From NCBI GenBank assembly GCA_030615175.1, contig JAUWZX010000001.1, forward strand, positions 199,840 through 263,839: a stretch of 64,000 nucleotides of DNA. The letters run 5' to 3'. Below, in pieces: positions 9,040 through 18,144 of this stretch. Position numbers and translations under genes: made by a program. The notes beneath the pieces were generated by a model. The model saw only the letters and a program-made list of their open reading frames with translations, searched no databases and had not been told where the DNA came from. The DNA comes from Candidatus Parvarchaeota archaeon (GTDB taxonomy: Archaea > Nanobdellota > Nanobdellia > WJKC01). The first letter of the stretch is position 1. The number at the start of each line of letters is the position of its first letter.

Positions 9040-10040
9040 AGGTAGGAGTTCTTGGTGTTGGATTAATGGGCAGGACTCATGTAAGGCTTCTCAAAGGATT
9101 TGGATGCGAAGTCATTGCATGTGATAAAGATAATGGTAATTTAGGTAAGGTAAAGAGGTTATACAATGTAAGGACTTTTTCTGATTATGATAAAATGCTT
9201 GATGAGGAACCTGATTTTGTTACCATTGCAACACCTAATAACACCCACTTTAGAAATGCTAAGAAAGCATTAAGCAAGAACATTTCAGTTCTTGTTGAGA
9301 AACCATTAGCGCTTAATTATGATGAGGCCAGAGAGCTTTATAGGGTTAAGGGCAGCAATTCATTATGCGTGATTCATAATTACAGGTTTAAGCCTGCAAT
9401 AATAAGGCTTAAGGACTTCTTGAATGATGGGGTTTTAGGAAAAATATTATTAACTAATATTACAGTGACTCAGCCTGCACCTGTGCTTAATAATAAATGG
9501 CAATCTATTGACAGGGTTAGCGGGGGATTATTTTTTGAATTCATCCACCCTATTGATTTGTTAACAATGATTAATGGCGGGGCGAGGAGGATTGTAATGA
9601 TTAAGAATCATGCTTATAAAAGTTATTCCCACCCGACTTCAATTAATATTTTTATAGAGTTCAGTAATGGAAGCAGAGGCGTTTATAACCATTTAAGTTT
9701 TAGCGGCGGCACTCAATTCACTGTTGACATCTTTGGTTCCGCAGTTAATTATAAGGCTAACATTTGGGGTGATAGGTACAGGCTCGGAGAGTTTAATGTT
9801 GCCCAGGAGTTAAGGGAGGTAACCAAGGATGCTTTAAGGCTTGCAAGGATTGTTTTAAAAAAGAAGTTAAAAGATTATCAATGGATTGGTCATAGAGAAT
9901 TATTTAAGAGTTTTATTAAAGGATTATCAAATGATGAAATGCCTGTTAGCAAGGAAGATGCATTAAACTCAATTAAGTTGGCTGAAGTTTTAAGAAAAGC
10001 ATATAATTCAGAAAAGAATTATTTGCAGGTGAGTGTTTAA
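9036..10040 (+). CDS. Gfo/Idh/MocA family oxidoreductase
   Basis: GVGLMG, IATPN..H, VEKP, HNYRF, IHPID. Confidence 0.92.
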   Translation: MKVGVLGVGLMGRTHVRLLKGFGCEVIACDKDNGNLGKVKRLYNVRTFSDYDKMLDEEPDFVTIATPNNTHFRNAKKALSKNISVLVEKPLALNYDEARELYRVKGSNSLCVIHNYRFKPAIIRLKDFLNDGVLGKILLTNITVTQPAPVLNNKWQSIDRVSGGLFFEFIHPIDLLTMINGGARRIVMIKNHAYKSYSHPTSINIFIEFSNGSRGVYNHLSFSGGTQFTVDIFGSAVNYKANIWGDRYRLGEFNVAQELREVTKDALRLARIVLKKKLKDYQWIGHRELFKSFIKGLSNDEMPVSKEDALNSIKLAEVLRKAYNSEKNYLQVSV

Positions 10041-10043
10041 TTT

Positions 10044-10670
10044 ATGAAGGTAACTGTTGGAATTGCCGCATTTAAGGATTACCCAAGGATGCATGAAGCT
10101 AGATATAATATAATGGTTGACTTGGCTAAAGGTGGAAAGAAATTGCTTGATTTAGGTGATATTAATTCATCCCCCCTTGCTAAGAAATTGAAGAAACTTT
10201 TTCAAACAACAACACTTGATATTAGGAATGGTGCTGACATAAAGTGTAATTTGGAGAAGGGTCTTAAACTAAAGCAGAAGTTTGATGTGGTGATTGCCGG
10301 CGAATTACTTGAGCACATTTATCATTTAAGGTTCTTACTTAATGATTTAAAAAAGATTTTAACAAAGGATGGTAAGTTAATAATTTCTGTTCCAAACGTC
10401 TGCAACTTGAAGTCACGGATTAAAGTATTAATAGGGAAGCTGCCAACTTACTGCGCTGACGCTGATGAGTATGACAGGGACATAGGAGGCCACATCCGCG
10501 ACCTTAACTTATCTTACATGAAGAGGATACTTAGAGAAGAGGGTTATGAAATCCTTAAAATCAAGTCAGGAGGCCTCTGGTATAATAATAAACTAATTAT
10601 TCCTCCAAGACTGTGCAAGCCAAGTTTCGGGGATAACATTATACTCAGTGCTAAGGTGTTAAGAAAGTGA
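10044..10670 (+). CDS. class I SAM-dependent methyltransferase
   Basis: LLDLG, FDVVIAGELLEH, ISVPN, GHIR. Confidence 0.85.
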   Translation: MKVTVGIAAFKDYPRMHEARYNIMVDLAKGGKKLLDLGDINSSPLAKKLKKLFQTTTLDIRNGADIKCNLEKGLKLKQKFDVVIAGELLEHIYHLRFLLNDLKKILTKDGKLIISVPNVCNLKSRIKVLIGKLPTYCADADEYDRDIGGHIRDLNLSYMKRILREEGYEILKIKSGGLWYNNKLIIPPRLCKPSFGDNIILSAKVLRK

Positions 10671-11524
10671 AAATGACTGTTGGAATCGCTGCTTACAAGG
10701 AGCCGAGAATAACTAAGTGCTTGAAAGCAGTTCTTAATGAAGGCTTAAAAAATCTTGAAGTTATTGTTGCATGCCCTGATGATGAAACCGCATCACTTGT
10801 TAAGAAATTTAAGACAGTGAAGTTGATTAAGGAGAAGCGCAAGCAAGGCAAGCCGGCTGCAGTGAACAAGATTTTAAAGGCAGCAAAGGGCGAGGTCATT
10901 ATCCTTACTGACGCTGACATGATTATTCGCAAAGGAAGCCTTAAGAGACTCGTTTCACACTTCAAGAATAAGAGTGTAGGCATTGTTAATGGCCGTCCAG
11001 TAATCACTAATAAGCATGACTCAATGCTTGGCTTCTGGGGTTACTTATTATACAACCTTGCTCATAAGCGGAGGCTTGCAGGCGTTGCGCACGTCACTAC
11101 TAATTTATGCGCTTTCAGACGAGGACTTGTTAAAAGAATTCCAGAAGAATCACTGGTTGATGATTACATTATTGGACTTGAATGCTTAAGAAAGGGTTAT
11201 AAATTCGTTTATGAGCCCAGAGCAGTTGTCAGCGTTACTTTCCCAAACAATACCAGTGACTTCCTGAAGCAGCGCGTCAGGACTTTTGCCGGTTACATGC
11301 AGGTTAAGGACTGGTACGGGGAGTCTGAAAGAAGTTTTTCAAGCGAGGTAAGGAAGGGTGTTAAGAGCGTGTTCTCTTATCCTAAGAATTTAAAGGAATG
11401 GTTCTGGCTTGCATTACTATTCATTTACCGCTTAAGAGCTTGGCTTGGCGCTTACTACCTTTACAGGATTAAAAAGAAGAAATTATCTGAAATCTGGACT
11501 CCTGCTGAAAGCACTAAAATATAA
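10667..11524 (+). CDS. glycosyltransferase family 2 (QxxR-type)
   Basis: GKPAAVN, TDAD, LVDD, QRVR. Confidence 0.9.
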   Translation: MKMTVGIAAYKEPRITKCLKAVLNEGLKNLEVIVACPDDETASLVKKFKTVKLIKEKRKQGKPAAVNKILKAAKGEVIILTDADMIIRKGSLKRLVSHFKNKSVGIVNGRPVITNKHDSMLGFWGYLLYNLAHKRRLAGVAHVTTNLCAFRRGLVKRIPEESLVDDYIIGLECLRKGYKFVYEPRAVVSVTFPNNTSDFLKQRVRTFAGYMQVKDWYGESERSFSSEVRKGVKSVFSYPKNLKEWFWLALLFIYRLRAWLGAYYLYRIKKKKLSEIWTPAESTKI

Positions 11525-11539
11525 TAATATTTATAAGAT

Positions 11540-13201
11540 ATGAATTATGTGAAATCCTTAATGCGCTTGAAATTATTACACGTTTTAATAGTGGCTTACT
11601 TCATTTTCTTATTCATGAATATTAACCCATACTACCTTGACGCTGATGAGGGAAGCCATGCAATGACTTCAGTATTCTTCCAAAGATTAATAATTGACTG
11701 GTTTCAGAACCCGACAGTATCGCCTGGAAGCGTTTACGGCTACGCTAAATCATATTACGTTCACTACCCTAAATTCTCATTCATTTACGGACCATTATTC
11801 CCATTAATGTCAGGATTCATCTTCTTATTCACTGGTCCTTCAATAATTATTTTAAGGATTATTGAAGTGATATTAAGCACTGCTTCATTAATTATTTTTT
11901 ACTATGCTTTAAAAAATTTATGGGATGAAAGGGTTTCACTGCTGGCAACATTATTACTAGGCACATCCAGTTTATTCATTAATTACTCATTAAAAGTAAT
12001 GCTTGACGTCCCATGCTTTTTCTTCTTCATCACTGGTTTTTACTTCTTCACAAAAGCCCTTAAAATTTTATCCTTTAATGCTAAAGCGAAAGTCCTGCCC
12101 ATGCATAAAAAAACCATAAAGCAGTTCTTCCTTGCAGGATTATTCCTGGGCCTCAGCATCCTGACAAAGGAGATTGCCTTAATATTCACTCTTGGTTTAG
12201 TCATCACTGCACTCATTAATTACAAGAGAATTAGGGTGGTCGGGTTGCTGTCAATGATTCTGGGAGTGCTAGTCTTCACGATTCCTTACTTCACCTTCCT
12301 TTACTTCACGCAGGGAGGGCTTGATGTCATATTATCATATCCTTTAAGGCAGGCGTATTATGGAGCTCAAGGCAATGACCCTCAATGGTACGAGCCTCTT
12401 GGATGGATTTACTTCTTATTAATAACAACTGAGAACTTCTCAATAATATTCACTATTGCATTATTATTATCAATTTATTATTTAATTAAGAAGAGGGATG
12501 CATTAAGCAATTTATTAATAACTTTATTCTTAATTACTTACCTGTCAATCACTTTAATTAATGATAAGAATCCTAAATTAATGTTTTTAGGGCTTGGTTA
12601 CTGCGCAATAATTGTCTCGCTTGGCTTGAACAAGTTTTTCAAGCATTACCGTAAGAATAATTACAGGTTCATGACTTTATTCATAGCAGTGTTAATACTT
12701 GTTATTGGATTTCCATTCAATCATTCAATGCCTGTTATTCCAATGGCAGAAATATCAATGGAGTTAATTAATAACTGCCCTAACTGCACAGTACTAGTGG
12801 CATCAGAGACTGGAAGAGTTTACAGCAGTTACTTAATGTACGAGTCATTAATAAAGGATGAAAATGCTTCACTCAGGTTCTTAAGACCAACCGCCTTCTC
12901 ATCAATGAATGCAATGGAGTTAATTAACAATGAAGCAGTTAACAGGGTTATTGTGATAGGGAATTATGAATTCTTAAAGTCAAGTGATGAAGTCTCATCC
13001 TATCTTCATAATGTTGAATACATAATTAATAAGTATGATTTAATCAGTGTTCATGATTCAGACATTGTTGGGAAAATATTCATTTATGATACTAAAATTA
13101 ATGAAACAAGGAGTCCTCCATACTGCGTTACTGCATTAGGAATTAATAAAGGATTCTGCACTGATTATTATAACCCTATTGACGCGCTTAAAAACTTATA
13201 A
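11540..13201 (+). CDS. GT-C fold membrane glycosyltransferase (ArnT/PMT-like)
   Basis: DE motif after TM1, YGPLF, LTK, many TM helices, soluble C-terminal domain. Confidence 0.8.
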   Translation: MNYVKSLMRLKLLHVLIVAYFIFLFMNINPYYLDADEGSHAMTSVFFQRLIIDWFQNPTVSPGSVYGYAKSYYVHYPKFSFIYGPLFPLMSGFIFLFTGPSIIILRIIEVILSTASLIIFYYALKNLWDERVSLLATLLLGTSSLFINYSLKVMLDVPCFFFFITGFYFFTKALKILSFNAKAKVLPMHKKTIKQFFLAGLFLGLSILTKEIALIFTLGLVITALINYKRIRVVGLLSMILGVLVFTIPYFTFLYFTQGGLDVILSYPLRQAYYGAQGNDPQWYEPLGWIYFLLITTENFSIIFTIALLLSIYYLIKKRDALSNLLITLFLITYLSITLINDKNPKLMFLGLGYCAIIVSLGLNKFFKHYRKNNYRFMTLFIAVLILVIGFPFNHSMPVIPMAEISMELINNCPNCTVLVASETGRVYSSYLMYESLIKDENASLRFLRPTAFSSMNAMELINNEAVNRVIVIGNYEFLKSSDEVSSYLHNVEYIINKYDLISVHDSDIVGKIFIYDTKINETRSPPYCVTALGINKGFCTDYYNPIDALKNL

Positions 13202-13224
13202 GTATGTTTTAAGTCAAGAATTTT

Positions 13225-15636
13225 GTGAAATTTAAATTAAGAATTCATCATTTAATCATTCTCGCATTATTATTAGTCGTTTTCAGGGTTTACTTGTTGA
13301 AATTCATTTACTTAATGATATTGCCAGGATTCTGCATATTACTCTTATTATCATTAAAATTTGATTTTAATAAAACGCTGTTATTATCGCTGCCAGCATC
13401 AATTATCTTATACATTTATCCATACTTCCTAATAACAAGGTCGCTCTTCCCTATTCCTGTCTTTATTTACTTCCTAATTCCTGCAGTGCTTGCTTACATT
13501 GTTTACAGGAAGAGATTATTCACTCTTGAGTTTAAGAGTATTATTGACTTTAAGTCACTTTTTTACATGCTGCTACCAATCATTGTTTTATTAATTATTT
13601 ATTATCCTTACTCAATCAGGAGCGAGATTTCATTAACTGCTGGTTCAAATGTTTTATTATTCTTAAAAATTAATGCAGAGCGAATAATTAGTGAAGGAAG
13701 AGTTCCGATATGGACTCAGGCGGAGTACGGCGGCAGTCATTATTTTTACACTTACCCTCCATTAGCTCATGTGAGCACTGCACTCCTTAATGCAATACCA
13801 ACTGAATCAATTAATTATACGATTAATCTGACTATCATCATCCTGTATCTTTACATGTTATTCGCTGCTTACATGCTTTTTAATTACTTAGGGCTCGGGG
13901 ATGACGCTTCAATTCTTGGAGTTTCAATAATGATTGGCGTTCCAATACTGGCCGGTGAAGCAACTTTTTCAGGCAATATTACAATGGTTTACATGTTCTC
14001 TCTTTACCCTGCAGCGGTTTACGGTTTCTTAAACATTTTCAAAAAAAATAATCTTAAGGAAATCCTGGTACTTGCATTAACAGTTGCTGCATTCATGACT
14101 GTTTATCATTACATTGGTTACTTCATGTTACTGCCGGCATTCTTTACCTTAATCCTATACCTTATTTTCAGTAAGCCAAGGAAGGAATTATTTAAGAATT
14201 CATTAATTTTCTTCACAGTAATAGCACTCTTGTTCAGTGCATGGTTCATTCGTTACTATCTTACAAAGGATTTTATTTCAATTAAGGGCTGGGAGGGTTC
14301 ATGGAATACTCCTTTAAAAGACTTTGATGAATTCCTGAGTTATATTTCATCAACAGGTCTCGAAACTGATGATGTTTATAAACAAGTAATTACTTTCACG
14401 CCGCTCTTCTTCTGGCTTGGGATTGCTTCAATGTTCCTGTTATTAAGAGTTAAGGGCAGGCGATTTCACTTTTTAGGCATTGACTTGTTATTATTCACTT
14501 ACTTTGCATTAACATTTTTCTTAATAATCTGCGAGATATTCCCATTCCACGTATACCTGCCTTTAAGGATTAATTATTATCACGTATTTAAGTTCTGGGC
14601 AGTACTAGTTCCATTATTTGCTTTCAGTATTGCCAGATTATATGAGAATTTAACTGGTTTTTTTAATTTCAAGCCATTAATCTTCATTGCATTCATTTTA
14701 ATGTTCTCATCAATGATTGCATTATCTTCAGAAAATGTTTCTAACTGGCTTCACGAGGATACAATTATAGTTGAGGATAGATTAAGCGGATTAAATGATG
14801 TGCTTAAACAGTTACCTGACAGGGTTGCATTATTCGGCGGGTTTGGACCGGGATTAATACCTTCAATACAGAACTGGACTAAGAGTTTAATGATGAAAGG
14901 TTACGGTTACCAGCGCCACAGCCCCGCATTTGTTTACGAGAACCTGCTTGAACCATTCACTGAGGCAAGCATGGATTACATTAAGGAAGGCACTCCGCCG
15001 TTAAGAATGTATAATTCATTTAAAGTATCAGGCACTAATACAATTGTCTTATTCACATGCGACTCTAAAGGCAGTAAGGCTCTTAATGTAATAACTGCTT
15101 ACCCTGGTTATGAATTAAAAGCGCGAAGCGACTGCCTTACAATATTATCATTAGAGCCTGCAAGCAGTCTTGTTGAGAAAGTGCTTCTTACAAGAGTGAC
15201 TGCAGGTAATGAAGTAAGGAAAACAGTGCTTAATCATTCAGGAGGTTATAATCTGGTAATGCCTTATTACGAGCTGGATTCAAATGAATACGGGTTTGAG
15301 GTTGATGAGGATTTCATACTAGCAGGTAATTATTCATCAATTAATTATGAAACAAATGAACTTTCCTATGAATTCCTTAGTGATGAGTCATTAATGATTA
15401 ATGCAGTGCCTGGATGGATATTATTTAAGGGAGGTTACTTCCCAACAATGCATGCTTACCAGAGCGGGAAAGAATTATTAGTTACTCCTACTTTTCACGG
15501 CATGACTCTTATTAAATCATTAAGTGATGAGTCAATAACGCTTGTGCACAGCCCGCATTACTCAGAGACTATTGGATTACTCATTTACTTAGTATTCATT
15601 GCATTGTTATTAGTGATTTATTTACGCTGTAAATAA
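13225..15636 (+). CDS. large polytopic membrane protein, probable GT-C glycosyltransferase (YfhO-like)
   Basis: PIWT...YGG...FYTYPPL, multiple TM helices, C-terminal YFP motif and final TM. Confidence 0.65.
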   Translation: MKFKLRIHHLIILALLLVVFRVYLLKFIYLMILPGFCILLLLSLKFDFNKTLLLSLPASIILYIYPYFLITRSLFPIPVFIYFLIPAVLAYIVYRKRLFTLEFKSIIDFKSLFYMLLPIIVLLIIYYPYSIRSEISLTAGSNVLLFLKINAERIISEGRVPIWTQAEYGGSHYFYTYPPLAHVSTALLNAIPTESINYTINLTIIILYLYMLFAAYMLFNYLGLGDDASILGVSIMIGVPILAGEATFSGNITMVYMFSLYPAAVYGFLNIFKKNNLKEILVLALTVAAFMTVYHYIGYFMLLPAFFTLILYLIFSKPRKELFKNSLIFFTVIALLFSAWFIRYYLTKDFISIKGWEGSWNTPLKDFDEFLSYISSTGLETDDVYKQVITFTPLFFWLGIASMFLLLRVKGRRFHFLGIDLLLFTYFALTFFLIICEIFPFHVYLPLRINYYHVFKFWAVLVPLFAFSIARLYENLTGFFNFKPLIFIAFILMFSSMIALSSENVSNWLHEDTIIVEDRLSGLNDVLKQLPDRVALFGGFGPGLIPSIQNWTKSLMMKGYGYQRHSPAFVYENLLEPFTEASMDYIKEGTPPLRMYNSFKVSGTNTIVLFTCDSKGSKALNVITAYPGYELKARSDCLTILSLEPASSLVEKVLLTRVTAGNEVRKTVLNHSGGYNLVMPYYELDSNEYGFEVDEDFILAGNYSSINYETNELSYEFLSDESLMINAVPGWILFKGGYFPTMHAYQSGKELLVTPTFHGMTLIKSLSDESITLVHSPHYSETIGLLIYLVFIALLLVIYLRCK

Positions 15637-17020
15637 CTAATAACGCGTTCGACGGGTCAGGGTAGGCCTGTATTGGCATGAATGCCTGCGGATTCAAGTT
15701 ATAAGTGTAATCAGGATGCTGCTCGTAAACGCTTACAACAATGTATTCAATGTTTTTCTCAAGTATTAATGAATAAAAAGCAGTTTCATTGCCCGGGAAA
15801 GGGCTGGTACTAACTTCACCGTAATAAGTTAGTTGAGGCAGGCTTTGACCAATAATGCTGCCAGCCCCCATGCTTTTTAAGTACTCGCCTGCAAGTTTAA
15901 TATTATCATAAGAACTTGATGCAGCATACACTCTTTCATAACCAGTAATTGAGTTCTCAAGCACTGTGAGGAATGAAAAGCCAATCAGGAATACTGTTAA
16001 AAACCTCTTGTTTTTAGAAAATAAGTTATAAACAAGCATTATTCCAACAACTCCTGCAACACTAATGAATGGCAGTAAGTGTATCAGGAATCTGAACTCC
16101 TTTACCTGCGTTACGAAAGAGTAAAACAGTAAGAACACTGCAAGATTCAATAAAACGAATAAGTTATTCTTCTTATTAAGTTTAAGCAGAATCCCGATTA
16201 AGCCGAAACCAGCAAGCAAGCCTATTATTACGCCGTAATTAATGAATAAAGTGCTGACGTAATAAAATGCGTCACCTGCCTGCGACCCGCCGGTTGACTC
16301 TAAATTAAATCTTAGGAATTCAAGCGCTGAATTCAGCGGGTTGCCGTAAATTATTAATTCATAAACTCCTAACACTGAGAAGCCTATAATGAATCCAAGT
16401 ATCCAAACGTAATTCTTTGGTTTAAAATTCTTCATTAATGCCAGGTACGCCATGTACACGAGTATTAATACCCCGCTCGTAAATCTGATATTAAATGCAA
16501 ATCCAAGAAAGATTCCTGAAATCATGTTTAATTTCCAGTTCTTATTTAAACTCTTAATGAAATAGTAATTACTTGTTATCAGGAAGAATGCTGAGGGAAT
16601 GCCTAATAATATCCTGAACGAGTAGAAGAAGAACACCCACTGAGCACTCGTAATCAATGCTGCTGCCAGAGCATACCTTTCACTGTATAACTCCTTTACT
16701 AATTTATAAGTCATGAATATTAAGCCAAGTGAAAATAATGCGTTAATCGCCCTAATCCATAATTCATTAAATCCTATTGGCATGCTCAGCGCAGTAAGTA
16801 TTAATGGATAGAATACGCTTCTGCCTTCCCACCATCCAGTGGTTGGAGTGCCTTTGAAGAAACTCTTAGTCATTAATAGGTACTGCGTTTCATCCCACCA
16901 TGCTGCCTGATTAATTGTTATTAATGCAAACCTTGATATTGCAGCGAATAATAATATTAATCCTATATAGAAGTACTTATTGCTGATTATGTCGTTTAGT
17001 GTTATTTCATCACTGCTCAT
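15596..17020 (-). CDS. GT-C fold membrane glycosyltransferase (ArnT/PMT-like)
   Basis: WWDETQY, R...YP, KEFRFL. Confidence 0.82.
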   Translation of the reverse strand: MSSDEITLNDIISNKYFYIGLILLFAAISRFALITINQAAWWDETQYLLMTKSFFKGTPTTGWWEGRSVFYPLILTALSMPIGFNELWIRAINALFSLGLIFMTYKLVKELYSERYALAAALITSAQWVFFFYSFRILLGIPSAFFLITSNYYFIKSLNKNWKLNMISGIFLGFAFNIRFTSGVLILVYMAYLALMKNFKPKNYVWILGFIIGFSVLGVYELIIYGNPLNSALEFLRFNLESTGGSQAGDAFYYVSTLFINYGVIIGLLAGFGLIGILLKLNKKNNLFVLLNLAVFLLFYSFVTQVKEFRFLIHLLPFISVAGVVGIMLVYNLFSKNKRFLTVFLIGFSFLTVLENSITGYERVYAASSSYDNIKLAGEYLKSMGAGSIIGQSLPQLTYYGEVSTSPFPGNETAFYSLILEKNIEYIVVSVYEQHPDYTYNLNPQAFMPIQAYPDPSNALLVIYSVNKSLITMQ

Positions 17021-18108
17021 ATGAATACCCTTGATATTATGAATGCCAGTGTGCAGAAAATGCCTGCAATACTCATCATGAATGGTGTTATATATTTTTC
17101 TTTCTTAACTAATTTCATTCCAATATGAGTCCATGAGTAAATCTTTTCATGCTTTGACTTTAATGTTCCATCCTTTTGCAGCACTCCAAGACTTGACGCC
17201 TGGAACTTAACTCTTGCCTTGAGAATGAATTCAATAAACCATGGAATGAACGCTATTAACGCGAACTTTTCTATGTTGCCTATGATTACGCTTGCAGCGA
17301 AACTTGCGCCTATAAAGTAAGTTAATGAATCTCCTGGCAGGAACTTTGCAGGATGCTTGTTATGATACAGGAATCCTATTAATGCTCCTGTTGTTATTAA
17401 TGCTATTATTGCTCCTTCAATATTACCATACAGTAATGCGTAAACACTTGTTGAGCCCAGCAGTATTATTCCAAGCCCTGCTTCCAAGCCGTTCATTCCT
17501 GCAAGCATGTTAGCAGCGTTTGTGCAGAAAATAATTATTAACGGGATTATTAGTAACGGGTATATTAATCCTAAATTTAATTCTCCAATGAAGGGAATGT
17601 TTATTATTGAAGTTCCAGCGTTCACAACCATTAATGGCACTATTCCAATAATTGACAGTAATAATTTATCCTTCTGCCTTAATCCTATCCGCGTATCATT
17701 CTCGCCTTTAAGGGTTTTCCTTTCAGGCTGTATTATCAAGTCATCAAATAATCCTGTTAACAGAGTCATTAATAAGGTCGTTGTTATCCCTGCAAATATT
17801 AATGTAAGGTTTGTTGGCGCTCCTGAAATGAATGTAGTGTATGCCACGTACATTAATATTCCAAGCAGTGAACCTATCACTACTGGAACGCCTCCTGACG
17901 TTGCCATTTTAGGGCTTCCCTGTTTCTGCACGTCCATTGCCACTAGCCCTATTAATTCAAATTTTTTCTTAATATGAGGTGTTATTAGCAGGGTTACTGT
18001 TAATGCAATGAATGAAGAGCCGAGCAGTGAGCCGTACCCGCCTATTATTAGGAATATTGCTCCATAAATAATTGCTGCAGTAAAAATTAATTTTAATTTG
18101 CCATTCAT
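17017..18108 (-). CDS. aglH: UDP-GlcNAc:dolichyl-phosphate GlcNAc-1-P transferase (MraY/GPT family)
   Basis: GLFDD, NAANMLAGMNGLE, PAKFLPGDS; adjacent to aglB. Confidence 0.88.
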   Translation of the reverse strand: MNGKLKLIFTAAIIYGAIFLIIGGYGSLLGSSFIALTVTLLITPHIKKKFELIGLVAMDVQKQGSPKMATSGGVPVVIGSLLGILMYVAYTTFISGAPTNLTLIFAGITTTLLMTLLTGLFDDLIIQPERKTLKGENDTRIGLRQKDKLLLSIIGIVPLMVVNAGTSIINIPFIGELNLGLIYPLLIIPLIIIFCTNAANMLAGMNGLEAGLGIILLGSTSVYALLYGNIEGAIIALITTGALIGFLYHNKHPAKFLPGDSLTYFIGASFAASVIIGNIEKFALIAFIPWFIEFILKARVKFQASSLGVLQKDGTLKSKHEKIYSWTHIGMKLVKKEKYITPFMMSIAGIFCTLAFIISRVFI

Positions 18109-18144
18109 TAACTATTAAGGTTAATAGGCATTATTTTTTAAATA

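Noticed and set aside
15596..15636. 41-nt overlap of convergent GT-C genes (also an 8-nt trpS/amidohydrolase overlap)
   Set aside because: Ordinary for compact archaeal genomes
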